Shown piece after piece: positions 46,673-60,372 of a stretch of 64,000 nucleotides of DNA (position 1 is the stretch's first letter; each line of letters begins with the position of its first letter). Under the pieces are notes generated by a model. That model had not been told where the DNA came from. It saw only the letters and a program-made list of their open reading frames with translations, and did no database searches. Made by a program: the position numbers and the translations under genes. Origin of the DNA: the human T2T-CHM13v2.0 reference genome, Homo sapiens; assembly GCF_009914755.1 (NCBI RefSeq), contig NC_060928.1. The stretch is one strand, 5' to 3'.

Positions 46673-46760
46673 AAAAAAAAAAAAAAATTCTCCTTATGAG
46701 ATGCAGAGTAAGGCTCCAATCCCAGGTGAAGGAACAAAAAAGGCAAAATTGGGAGATGGA

Positions 46761-47532
46761 CACTGGCCATCAGAGAAATGCAAATCAAAACCACAATGAG
46801 ATACCATCTCACACCAGTTAGAATGGCAATCATTAAAAAGTCAGGAAACAACAGGTGCTGGAGAGGATGTGGAGAAATAGGAACACTTTTACACGTTGGT
46901 GGGACTGTAAACTAGTTCAACCAGTGTGGAAGTCAGTGTGGCGATTCCTCAGGGATCTAGAACTGGAAATACCATTTGACCCAGCCATCCCATTACTGGG
47001 TATATACCCAAAGGACTATAAATCATGCTGCTATAAAGACACATGCACATGTATGTTTATTGTGGCACTATTCACAATAGCAAAGACTTGGAACCAACCC
47101 AAATGTCCAACAATGATAGACTGGATTCAGAAAATGTGGCACATATACACCATGGAATACTATGCAGCCATAAAAAATGATGAGTTCATGTCCTTTGTAG
47201 GGACATGGATGAAATTGGAAAACATCATTCTCAGTAAACTATCGCAAGAACAAAAAACCAAACACCGCATATTCTCACTCATAGGTGGGAACTGAACAAT
47301 GAGATCACATGGACACAGGAAGGGAAATATCACACTCTGGGGACTGTTGTGGGGTGGGGGGAGGGGGGGAGGGATAGCATTGGGAGATATACCTAATGCT
47401 AGATGACGAGTTAGTGGGTGCAGTGGACCAGCATGGCACATGTATACATATGTAACTAACCTGCACAATATGCACATGTACCCTAAAACTTAAAGTATAA
47501 TTAAAAAAATAAAATAAAATAAAATAAAATAA
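46761..47532 (+). mobile_element. Young 5'-truncated LINE-1 (L1PA2-like): ORF2 C-terminus, 3'UTR and tail
   Basis: ORF 46855-47295 ends ...HRIFSLIGGN like L1 ORF2; gatgacgagttagtg (GAG, non-Ta); (taaaa)n tail; perfect 16-bp TSD aaaattgggagatgga at 46745-46760 and 47533-47548. Confidence 0.96.
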
Positions 47533-49131
47533 AAAATTGGGAGATGGAACTCCTGAAATGTCTACATTAAGTGTCTGAACAACATTCTCAGAAGTAGGAA
47601 ACAGGGCGGAAGCCCAGTCCCTATAACTGGGCCAATATGGGGAAGTGAAGGGACAAATTACAGCTGAGTAGCACAGAACCCAGGATTCAACCAAGGGAAC
47701 CAGGTCCCAAGTCTCAGGAGCTCTATAGCTAAACATCTACTCCACACTTCATGTCCATGAGGGTTTATACATTCTAATCCACTCTGGACTGGAAGAAGGC
47801 AGCTAAAATCATTGATAAATGTCCTGCAGGAGGCAATGTGAATGGCCGAGCCTGCAGGTGGAGGCGATGAGGACCTGTGGTGGATGAGTGGGTGAGGCAA
47901 GTTTAGGAAATGAGGTAGAGCTAGCACAACGGAAGCGAAAATTTCAAGACCTCAAGGCTTAAGTTCTTGTGCTTTAGTCCTCTTAGCATTTTCTAAGGAA
48001 ATAACATCCTCCTTGGTATATTTCTAGTTCATACATCCTCCTAGACCTTTACCATCTAGATCTAGCAGTAAATTTCAGGTCTTCAAAAATAAACCTTAGT
48101 CCAGTTGATCGGTGAGATGATAATACTAAAATAGGTTTAATCAACAGTATCTCAGGCAGTCCTTTCTGCCTAATAGTGAAAAGAGGAGAATTTTTAATTA
48201 TGTAATAACTAAACCAACATTCTCATTCAAACAAAAAAAAATCTTTTTAATTCAACAGGGACAAAAGAAGGGGAAAAAATCCAACATGCAGCTTTTATGA
48301 TTGACTTCTCACAATTTCTCTGCTATTAACAATTTCCCTTTATAGATGGTCTTCATTACCCTAGAAATAAAGGGTAGCAGCAGAAAACACAAAGCTTTAT
48401 TTTGAGGGTAGCCCAAAACCCATTAGTTTAAAAGTGTTAACGTTTTATGGTTTCAAGGAACAGTATAAATTGCAGTTGTTTGTGTAAGTTCATTTTTCAA
48501 ATGTGTGAACACAAATGTCTATTGTCTATGAGGAAAGTTCATGCTGAGCTACAAGTGAATTGTACAATTGAGCTCCCAGCTAAGCAGCCGCCTCTGCCAA
48601 GCTAGCCATTTTCATAAGTGGTCCTAAATTTGATACAGGGGCAAATAATTTTTTATTGTTTTCCCAGAGGGAGAAGGCTCTTTTTACAGACCACAGACCA
48701 GTAACGCTTTATATGTATATTCTTGCTGACATTGCATTTTTTCTTTTTTTAAAATATAAAAGAATCTGAGTCTGTAATTTTTACCTTCCTTTTGTTAAAA
48801 CTGTGCAAAAGGCCTACTAACCTCTACCTTAAAGCCCTGACTTTATTCTTTGCTGCAGATATCATTAAAATCTTTCTCTACTTTCTGCTCAGCAATTTCT
48901 TTCTTATAAAGAAGCATGGTCATTCATTGTATTCCCAGAGAACTCCACAGAGAGATCAGCTCACCCAACTTCAGCCTATGTCTTGAAATTAGTGAGGAGT
49001 TTATCTTCTGTCTTCTTAGTCACTTGGTGTCTTTTCAAACCATTTTAGATACAAATAACCTCAGAAAATCTATTCAAATTGGTAAATAAATCTTTTGAGC
49101 ATATCCTTCATTAATAGTTTAGCATAAGCAA

Positions 49132-49464
49132 TCTTTGTGATGTAACTGTTTTGTATCTTAACTTTGGTTGTGGTCACACAAATCTGCACTTATAAGAAAA
49201 CTGAATAAAACTAAATACTAAACACACACACACACACACACACACACAAATAAGTCCATGTAAACTGATGATTATAAATAAGGCTGATGGATTGCCACAT
49301 ATTCATTACCGATGGATTCACCCAGTACGCTGGGTGTGGTATTATAGTTATGCAAGATGTTACCACTGGGGAAAACTGAGTGAAAGGTATATGAATCTTT
49401 CTGTGTTAATTCTTACAACCGCATGCAAATCTAAAATTATCTAAAAATAAAACATTTATAAAAA
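49132..49464 (+). mobile_element. L1MD/MC-like 3' end with an internal (CA)n
   Basis: ctgttttgtatctt...atagttatgcaagatgttaccactggggaaaactg...gcatgcaaatctaaaattatctaaaaataaaa. Confidence 0.8.
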
Positions 49465-52099
49465 TCGTTAGCAAATCACACATTTTGGGGTGTTTTTAAT
49501 TTTACCACCTAAAGAAAGTTATCCCTGAAATATCTAGAAGACAATGAAAACGTGTAATATAGTGAACAACAGTGACCTTTGTGCTGCCCCTTCCTCATCC
49601 ATGATTATGAATTGCCACTGCCTGCAAGGGGAGCCCGACCCCCTCAGCAAAGCCAGTATATGTCATTTTTAATTTTCTGACTTAGAAGTGGTAACCTGGT
49701 TTCGATTATGTGCTTGAGTGTGGCTGCAACAGGATCTCCAGTTGGCTTCTGAGTTTTCCAAGGTAGACTCACCGGTCATTTTTATTTCAGTTGTATATTC
49801 AGACATGCCAGATCACAGCCATGAAGGAAGGAGAGCCTACATTAATGTCATTGACTCTGCCTCTCACAAATGCAGTCACAGAAAACTATCCTTAGGGGTG
49901 GATGTCTTCATAAGGTATCAAAAGAGAAATTTCCTTTTACGTTTCCTCTTGCCTTTTTCTAAAACTAATTATTGTGGCCTGCAACATATGAATAGGGAAA
50001 ATAGATGAATTGTACTACAGAAATGAAGTTGTCATCTAAACTTTCTGGCATTACAGTTAGATTCCAATTTAATACTGTGAAATGAAATTGCTTTAAAAAT
50101 TCAATATCCTAGTCAATTGCTATCCTGTCTCTAAAGTCTCTAAAGTTCTGTAAATTAATAGATACAACCCATTGCATCTTCAAACCTGAAAAATATGCAA
50201 GCTTAGTTTCATTAAAAATAATCCCCCCTACCACACATCTCGACACCTTTCAAAAGGAGGGTTGTGAAGGTTTAGATTCAAACTTCTAAACTGAGTTAAT
50301 AAGACTTACTCAATCAGAATTGTCTAGGACTTCAAAAAAATTGCAGGCTGTATCTAAATTTTAAAATCGTGCATGCCAGAAAACATCAAAGAGCTACAAA
50401 TTCAAACAAAATAGCCAGCACTTGCAGCTGCAAGAGAGCTAGCAATTTATTCAAGTACGGTTCATAGATAATGTGACCCAAACAGACACCTATGCAGAGG
50501 ACCAACTCTAATATGGGAAAAAAGAAAAATGAGGCTAGAATATAGCTATTTGTTTTCTGCAGTGGAGTCTACTTTCAAAGACTTACTATTTTTCTTCAAT
50601 TGTTCAAAGTAGCCCTTGTGACTCCAGAAATAATGATAAAGAATAGTATTTTGAGTCCCCAGAAGCTCATGAATCATTGGCTCTGCCTTCTCCATTGATA
50701 ACCTACAAGTAACAAGTTTCTTACCCACCCACCCTGAAGTTACATGTAAGAATAAAAACTGCAGCAATGCTTGAAGCATTATAAATGTCTAAGATAAAAA
50801 AGTATCAGTCTAGTAACATTTTTATAATGTTAACTAACTGGAGGGAAAATTTACATAAATTACTGGAAATCTAATATGCAATCTACTTTAAAATAAATTC
50901 AGTATTAATACTTTTATTCATATAAAACTTACATTTACATTTTAGCTTACATGTATATGTGCATGTACACATATGTTCCAGGAAAACATATAATATGGGC
51001 AGTGTGAAAAATCCTTAGCCAATTCCTAGCAACTTTTTTGCAATCATTCTACATTACTGAGGCATTGTATCAAATGCCTGATTCAACACTGAAGGATATG
51101 GGTAAACTAAAAGCATAATCTGTCTTAATAACTGCTTCAAAGTGACTTTACATTACCATAACTTTTTATACTATGTAAGTTTCTTTCCTTTAATATAAAT
51201 GGAAAGAGGCACTATAGAAATTTTGGCAACGAAAAACATGAAACACAAAAAGATTTTGCTCCCTTAAGTAGTCTTAATATTCTTCTCTGAAATTTTGTTT
51301 ACACTACTAGTTTTGAAAACTCTTACTTTAACAGGGCGTCCTCTACAAAAAAGCCTATTTTCATTCCTATGTCCCCCAAGTTTTTTAACTATAAAATATC
51401 AACAAGTTTGCAGCCTAAACAAGAGAATAATGCTGTTTTTCCCACAATTGCCATTAACTAGGACATTAAAGAAAGGCCCTCGGTTTCTTAGCCCCTTGAA
51501 TTAGTCTTGATGTCATTTCCTGGAGAAGTTCAGTGGCTGTACATTCACACGTCAAGGCCTAGATCAGAAAAAAATTGGCTCATCTCCAGCCTCATTTAGA
51601 GAGATGTGCAAGAAGGTGTGGTCAACATCTGCCCACAAGATGGTTTGTTTGGAAAGGGTTAAAGGCAGGCTATCAGTCGGCTGCCACTGTTTCCAGCATT
51701 CACATCAGTTATGGGAAGTGATGTCACACACCTGCAAAGCACATGCAAACTGTAAACACTTCACCAACATTGAATTTGAGTCCCCCATCCAAAATCATGC
51801 CCAGCTGCCTCACACTGAGTTCCTTGGCTGCCAAATTTGCTAGTCTGCATAGCATTGAGAAAATGAATGGGTCTTACACTAACAACAGTTAACTAGGTTC
51901 AAGTTTTATACCACCAGGCTGTGTACAGTTTCGTTTTTCGTTGATTACTTCTTGCTGTTTCTAGAATCACAGTGGCGGAATTGAAAGAAATATTAAAGAT
52001 TAGGCAACACAGCACTCTCATTTTACAAATAACAAAATTACACCTCTACTATAGCTTTTATCAGTTGTTCTCTTAAATTTCCTTCTCATCAGACTCAAG

Positions 52100-52235
52100 G
52101 GCAGGTACTAGGATTTTAGGCACTTTTTTTAATCCTCAGAGCTTAATACCTAGAAGACACTCAAGGTTGTTAAGCAAATGGATGAATGAATGGATGAAGG
52201 GACAGATAGATAGATGGATGAAGGATGGGTGAATT
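52100..52235 (+). mobile_element. L2 3' tail with (GATG/GAAT)n repeats
   Basis: gcttaatacctagaagacactcaag...aatggatgaatgaatggatg. Confidence 0.55.
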
Positions 52236-52254
52236 CTTTGAAAACCATTTCACA

Positions 52255-52445
52255 TAGCTATATTGGTGACTTGAAATAGTTGTGTGGACTTAGGCAATTT
52301 ATTCAATTTTTCTAAAACTCAGTTAACTCATTCATAACATGGGAAAAATAATAGTGTCTTTTTCAAAGGATTATTGTGAGAATTCCTTGAGATAATGCTT
52401 TTCAAAAGTACCATAAATATTAATATGGATTTCATAAATATTCAC
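52255..52445 (+). mobile_element. MIR SINE
   Basis: tgtgtggacttaggcaattt...actcagttaactcattcataacatgggaaaaataatag...ggattattgtgag. Confidence 0.65.
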
Positions 52446-53234
52446 TTGCCATTATTTTAACAGTGGTAGCAGTAGTATCACCCTTCACTTCTTGTTACTG
52501 TCACTCACCAGCCTTTTGGTGCGTGCCATGTGCTTGTCAAAGCTTTATTTCCTGACTTGAGGGCTCCCTCTCTTTTCCTAGCTCTACAGCCAGAGACCCA
52601 CTGTTAGTCTGAGTGACATCCACATCCATGTGGACAGCTCATCAATCTCTACCTTCACATCTCACTGATCTTTTCATCCTCAATGATGCAGTTTTTCCTT
52701 TCAGCCATGTGTTCTAGAACCATACACAAACATGCTCTCTGGAATCAGTCTTCTGGCTTCAAATGTTAGCTACACCAGTAGTTATAGCTATGTCACCTGC
52801 TACACATTTTCTTTAGCCTCTCTAAAGATTTTAATCACCTCATTTGTAAAATAGGAGTGATAAAATTACTGTCATCATAGCGCTTGGTATACAGTAATAC
52901 CAATAAGTTGGTATATAGTAATAGCTCTTATTGACACCCAAACTATGCTACTTCTGAAGGACTAAACCCCAACATTAATGTGTAATGTGTGGACACTTAA
53001 GTTATTTCAACTCTTTTACTGTTATAAATAATCCACAGCAGAAGTAATAGGCTAAAATAAACTAGAAATAAAAAGGAAGAAAGAGTAGGAAAACACAGAA
53101 GTGCTTAAAGGTAATAAAATAGTTGCAAAATAAAATCACAGGGACCAAAACAATAAAAATGGCAATAATAATAATAGTTTATACTTATTGATAATATATA
53201 TAGTATAGTTAGAATAATAACTGGGCCAAAAGTG

Positions 53235-53500
53235 TACCATTCTCAGTACATTATGTGAACTATGAGTGCTTCCTGTGGACAGGTACAATACTAAGTGCTT
53301 TACATGGTGTGTTTTACACATACAGATGACAAAAAATTGAAGTTCAGAGAAACTTAGGAATTTACTCAATTTCCACATTTAGTAAATGACAGAGCTGGAA
53401 TTCACACCCAGAGACTCAAGGTCAAGTTGACAGTTTATACATACATGGTGTAGCTGGGTCTTGGACCCAAGCAATCTAATACCAGAGCCTGGGCTCTTAA
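53235..53500 (-). mobile_element. MIR SINE
   Basis: ctaagtgctttacatg...acagatgacaaaaaattgaagttcagaga...agtaaatgacagagctggaattcacacccag. Confidence 0.7.
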
Positions 53501-56248
53501 TTATTTTCTCTCCCCATAAATTACTAATACCCATGAATATAGTGATAATAGCTTATCTTAAAAACAAAATGTACATGTACATTAGTTTAACCTAATCTTT
53601 ATATCAATTTATTTCATTTCAATCAATTTGCTTTCAATTACAGCTTATGCTACTTGCAATCCCAATAGTCCTGCTCTTCGGGACTAGTGTCAGTCTTCAG
53701 ATACAGGGCCCTGCCAGGTTTGCTCCAGCCTTCACAGACGAGGACTGGTCCCTTAGCCTCGGCATGTCTCTCCTGTCCTCCAGAGTTTTTCACTTAACTA
53801 ATGGATTAAGTCCTGCACCCAGAGGTAATCGAGGGCATGTGATGTAAAAAAGCATGTTTTCTGGGCTTTATTCTGCCTCCACTGAGTCAAGCTTATTTGT
53901 ACTACAAGGATTAGTCCAATGACAACTGTGGAAAAATAGGTTTCCTCCCACCATGCAGTGGTGACCCGGGCTATCCAAGGTCCAGCTTGCAAAGGATTGA
54001 TTTCAAAGGCATTTCTTCTAGAATTTCTGGACAACAGTAGACCCCAAGTACATCTCTTCTACAGCCATCTGGCACTTACTTTTGAGGTTCCACTCGTAAG
54101 CTCTTACCAAGGCCACAAAGTAAAGGAAGCAATAATTCTTCTCTGGCCACCACACTTTCCAAAGTAGAGTTCACCTGATAGTTCCATACCCACTCTCAGA
54201 GAAAAATACGAGCTTCCTGTACAGGTTAAACGTCTGTTGGCTACAGTATGTTTGGGGCTTCAGAGGTGAGAAGTCAGGCTACATAAGATGCAGGGGAGGA
54301 GAGGGAGCAATTCGGTAGTGCTGTTTTTGGTCTTCTGAGTTCCTGGAGTAGGGATTTGGAAGTTGGGATAGAGGGAGAAAAAAATAATATGCTTCACCTG
54401 TAACTTAGCAGTAACCATCAATGATAATCTTATTGAACATATGGTCATTCATTCTTTATCAGATTTATACTCTATTTCAGCACAGCACTGTTATAGAGAC
54501 AATGACTCAAGCAAAACATTTATTCTTGCTAAAGCTGTGTTCTCAAAGTTTTTCCTAACAATTACAGATCATTAAGAAGAAAAAATACCTCCTATGTAAA
54601 TAGAATCCTCTAATCTACAGATGAATTAAAGAAAACCATAAAGTTCCATTTTGAAATCCTAAACTTGCTGCTGAAAATAGCATCAAAAATTTTAAAATAT
54701 TTATACAAATCATTGAGGAAATTTTTTTGTCTTTAGATATATAAGAATGTGATCTAACTTCTTCACAAGTAAAAGGAATTATCAGCACACACAGCTTGAT
54801 GAGCAACAAAACATCACTGGAAAGTAATTTTTGTCAATGACACTCATTCATTCCTGTCCCAAGCATTTTCCTCCTTGGATAGATTCCTCTCCTCTGTGTT
54901 TGAGGGAATTTTGAATGCTTATCCAAAGTAGGACTCTAATGACAATGATAATAATGACAAAAAGCAATAAAAGAGATAAGAAAGTAGTAAAAAGTATACG
55001 TGATTTTCAAGATAGCATAGACATAACAAGTATAAATCTTCGTTCTTCACCACAATATTTCAATGAACACTATGAATTGGATTCATGGTGTATTTTTCTT
55101 ATTAAAGTATGATTTTCTGTCATTAACTAGCTCAGAATTTTTTTAGCAATTATCTCAATCTTTTCAGATTTCAGTTTTCTCATTTGTACAATAGGAGAAT
55201 TGTCATCAGCCCTCTGGGTAATATTCAATAAGTGTCTCTTCACTTCTCCTTGCCTCAAGTGAATCCCAAATCTGTTTGGATGACTTGGAATCAAATGTTA
55301 AATCAAACAAATCAAAACTTTTATCAGGTCATGCCAAAACACTGGAGACCAATAGGATATTAGAATACCAAAGTAATTATTTCACTGGATGGCACTTTGC
55401 TTTATGGAGAATGATTGTCATTAATCTAAAAAAAACTAAGACCCTTTGGCTCTTTTTCTTTCAGTGTTTGAGATGTCCTGCTGTTACTACCAAACCTAAA
55501 ACCCAGCTCTGCCTACCATATTTAAGCCTGCCCAGAGAAAACACACTATAGTCTCGCCTGTCTCAAAACAAATAGAAAAACAAAGTCTGTTTTTACTTCT
55601 TTTGCAATATCTTGCTTTACAGAGCATAGCACCAAAAAAAAAAAAAAAATCATGCATCAACATCAATTTCTGACAGTTTGTTATGTGCCAGCCTAAGGCA
55701 CATGTTCAGATAAAGGACATTTCACAAATTCCCTGAGTTGAATATTCTACTTTTGGCTCTTCTACCATAGTCACTATTTCTAATTCTTCTCGGTCCACAG
55801 GTCTGCTAGAGTGCAACACAAAACCACAGAAATGTCGAAAACAAGTGTTGGAAGTAAGGACTGTAAAGTCCCAACTGCACGTATGAAAGACAAAAAAAAA
55901 AAAAAAAGACCATGTGTATAAAGTTGTCTTCCAAGCATTTAAAATATATTTATCCTCAATTCGTAACATTTGGATTCCAGAGAAATTAAAGACTGTGAAT
56001 TTAAATAATGCATCAACCAGAGGGCAAAAGTGAATCATTTTGGCTTAGTCTATCATCTGTGGTGAATCAATTTTTTTTCAGTTTAAACTAATTTAAGCAT
56101 AAAAATTAAATAGCTCAGAAAAGCAGAAGACCATAATAGACTCCTTAACTATTATTAGGACACACAGCCTCCTTTAATTCTACACAATCATCCTAACAAT
56201 TTTCAAAAAGTTAATATCCTCACTTAGCTCTTACATGTAAAAAGTTTA

Positions 56249-56585
<337 letters not shown>

Positions 56586-56678
56586 TAAACCATACATTGA
56601 GAAGAATTCAAATTTATATTAACAGGCAACTGATGATAGCTGCATTTGATACTTTATATTTTGGTTGTATTTCTAGAG

Positions 56679-57197
56679 CAGCGGTCCCCAACCTTTTTGG
56701 TGCCAGAAACCAGTTTCATGGAAGACAATTTTTCCAAGGACAGGGGTCTGGGGGGTGGTTTTGGGATGATTCAAGAGCATTACATTTATTGTGCACTTTA
56801 TTTCTATTATTATTACATTGTAATATACAATGAAATAATTAAACAGCTCACCATAATGTAGAATTATGGGAGCCCTAAGCTCGTTTTCCTGCAACTAGAT
56901 GGTCCCATCTCGGGGTGATGGGAGATAGTGTCAGACCATCAGGCATTAGATTCTCACAAGGAGTGTGCAACCTAGATCCCTCACATGCGCAGTTGACAAT
57001 AGGGTTCGTGCTCCTGTGAGAATCTGATGCTGCTGCTGCCCTGACAGGGGGCAGAGCTCAAGCAGTAATGCAAATGATGGGGAGGGGCTGTAAATACAGA
57101 TGAAGCTTCACTCGTTCACTGGCCACTCACGTTTGCAGCCTAGTTCCTAAGGCCACAGACTGCCATGGCTCTGTGACCAAGGTGTTGGAGACCTCTG
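56679..57197 (+). mobile_element. MER1A (hAT-Charlie DNA transposon derivative)
   Basis: TIRs cagcggtccccaacc and gttggagacctctg; about 520 bp; 8-bp TSD t(t/g)ctagag at 56671-56678 and 57198-57205. Confidence 0.92.
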
Positions 57198-57284
57198 TGC
57201 TAGAGGAATAAGAACTACCTTTCCTTCTTATTATTTAATGATCTACATATTTCTCTACTTTTTTCTTCTCATACCCACTTCAAT

Positions 57285-57450
57285 TTCACTTAATCTTCAC
57301 AGCAATAAGGAGAAGTATTGTTATTTTCAGTTTACAACTGGAAGAAAAACAGCACAGTTTAAGGGAGGTTAGTTAACTTGTTCAAATTCCTACTACTGGT
57401 ACCCAGCAGAATTAATAACCAAACACAGGCCAATATGACTCCAACATCTG
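57285..57450 (-). mobile_element. MIR fragment
   Basis: taatcttcacagcaa...gaggttagttaacttgttcaaattcc. Confidence 0.55.
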
Positions 57451-57982
57451 GTAGACTACACTGAAGAAAACAATGAGTCACCTAAGAATCCCCACTACCT
57501 AAACAAATAAACCTGATCCAATTACATAGGCCCTTTATCCATTCAGAAAGAGTGACCAGCGTCAGGGCCTGTATCACAGGATATGTTATTAAATGTCCCC
57601 TGTGAAGTTTCAGACTGGAAACAAATCTAAGCAAACAGTATAAGACATCAACACAGCAGATTCTGAAAACGTTTTTCCGTGTCACATTCAACATCTCTCA
57701 AAACTTAATTTTCATTATTTACCAATTTCTTCCAAAATCTTAAGTTTCATTCAATATAAAATTTGGAAATAAAAGGACAGACTTTTCTCAATGGTTTATT
57801 CCTTGTTCATTCCTCCTCCTTTTTCCTATCTCTATAATGCCTATTTTTCATGGCTTATCAGTACTGGCCACTGAAACTCACTAAAAACTATTAAGTTTTA
57901 TGTAACAGAAAATATTAGTCACTGAGTTTAAATATTTTATTATTTATGGTAAGGGTAGGTAAGCAAAAATAAAAGTCCTTCA

Positions 57983-58157
57983 GGCTAGGCATGGCGCTCG
58001 GGCCTGTAATCCCAGTGCTTTGGGAGACTGAGTGGGGAGGATCACTTGAATCCAGCAGTTCGAGGTTATAGTGAGCTACAATCACACCACTGCATTCCAG
58101 CCTGGGCAATGGAGTAAGACTGTGTCTCAAAACAAACAAACAAAAATCAAATAAATA
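57983..58157 (+). mobile_element. Alu monomer (FRAM/FAM-like)
   Basis: Single Alu arm with (caaa)n tail, flanked by TSD aaaaataaa(a)g(t/a)ccttca. Confidence 0.88.
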
Positions 58158-58209
58158 AAAAATAAAGACCTTCAGAGTTACTAAGCATATTTACATAATC
58201 CTTTGTAAG

Positions 58210-58440
58210 TGGCAATATTAGCTACCAATTGTCCAGTAACTATTTTGTTCCAGGCACTATACTGAATGTTTTATGTATTAATATCTGGTCTTTTTATCCC
58301 GGCAGCAAACTTTTGGGCTATTATCGTAAATAAGTGTAAAGAAATAAAAATAGCTTCAGATGGGTTAAATAACTTGACCAATCTGATACAATTGGCTAGA
58401 GATAGGACAGGGTCTCAGCCCAAATCTATCTGACTTGTAG
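58210..58440 (-). mobile_element. MIR SINE
   Basis: ttccaggcactatactgaatgtttt...gggttaaataacttgacca. Confidence 0.6.
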
Positions 58441-59231
58441 ATGTTATTTATTTAGTCTGCTAAAGTCAGAATGGCCTAGGTTCAAATCCCAGTTCCGTCA
58501 CCTAAAGCAGTGCTCAAATTGTTTGGAAAAGAAATAAATTAACTCAAAAATGTTTGCCATAGATGAGAATGAGCATAGCCTGTTCAGAGACACTCATGCC
58601 TGCGATACCTGTCCTGCTGGCACAGAGGCTTCTCACTGGAAGGTACCTGTCCATTTGCTGAGGTACAGTTGGGTTGGGAGAAGACAAATTGAACTAATGC
58701 CAATTTAGGAAACTATATGTAGTAAATCACTGTTCAACGTAGCAATTATAAAATGGCCAGAAAAAGACAATTAAAACATTCAAAGCTGTGCAAACTCCAC
58801 TTGTAATAATTTCTAAAAAGATAGGCTATATGTTTTTCTAAAACGGAGTGGCTCTCCTCTGTTAATCCTGTAGAGGCCTTCTTCACTTAGTATCTGTGGA
58901 ATCACTGAATTGTCAGGGAATCAATAAAACTATCACCATAAAGTAAAAATGGCTGGTGCCCTGCTCTGAAACCCTGACTAATTAAAATTGCATGTGCAGA
59001 GGATCTATGTTTGTCCCAGGGGGTGACCACACTGACCTTTCATGTCTGCAGATTTAGAAATACATCTTGGGTTGGGCCATACTGGAAAGTATGTTTGGTG
59101 TCTCCAGCCAAGCACTGATTCATCTGTTCCAGGACACCAGAATGTCAATACAGTCTCCTCTTCACTGCATTTTCTTTTTCATTTTCTTCCTAAGGTGTTA
59201 TTAGTAAGTTGCCTGATACATAGATGATAAA

Positions 59232-59235
<4 letters not shown>

Positions 59236-59277
<42 letters not shown>
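59236..59277. repeat. (GT)21 microsatellite
   Basis: Read directly. Confidence 0.95.
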
Positions 59278-59278
<1 letters not shown>

Positions 59279-59280
<2 letters not shown>

Positions 59281-59348
59281 CTTTTCTAATGACCAGCTCT
59301 TTGGCAGTGTCTTCTCTTTTCTAATGACCAGCTCTTTGGCAGTGCCTT
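59279..59348. repeat. 35-bp tandem duplication (2 copies, 1 mismatch)
   Basis: ctcttttctaatgaccagctctttggcagtg(t/c)ctt at 59279-59313 and 59314-59348. Confidence 0.95.
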
Positions 59349-60012
59349 CTCAAGAGAGAACTGGGAGCGGGGGAACAGAGGTACTGATGTCACAGCCCAG
59401 GTACACTGGCAGGGACAGACAGAAAATCTTACATAGCACCTACACAGATGGTGGTTCAAATCAGTTAATTATTATTCTCTAACTTTCCAAAAACAAAAGT
59501 GTGTGTTCTGTTTTCCTCTTTTAATTTACTAGGGATGTTTTGGTTTTGTTATACGTAAAAATTGTATTTTCAGATAAAGAGATGGATCTTTGTTAACATA
59601 AATCACTGAATTTTGTGTTTCTCATTATCGCACCCAGCCCTCTCCAACTTATTCTAAGAGCTAACAGCTATTACATATACTGAGAAAAGCGCCATTGGAT
59701 CTACCTATATCTCCCTGCCCTCGTGGCAGCTTAACACCAAGCAGGCTTAAACAAAGTTAGTTTTACCTTTTAGTGATTCAAATATTCCTCTCACCTAACA
59801 AATGAGTCTCATCTTTATCATTATATCACATGTAAATCCATAAATGAGGGAAAATATTGGTGTTATTCTGGAAAAAAAATAGGCTTTCTCATCTAGCTCA
59901 CCACAATGCAGACATGTTTCAAAGCCATCCTTTCAGGTTTCTTTGTATAAATAAAACTTTACTTATATATGACTTTGGTGTGGCTAAAAGGGATATAATC
60001 AACAATGACTCA

Positions 60013-60372
<360 letters not shown>

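Noticed and set aside
53701-53824. Possible + strand exon (cttcag|...cagag|gtaatc)
   Set aside because: Weak polypyrimidine tract and donor, no partner exons and no recognisable peptide.
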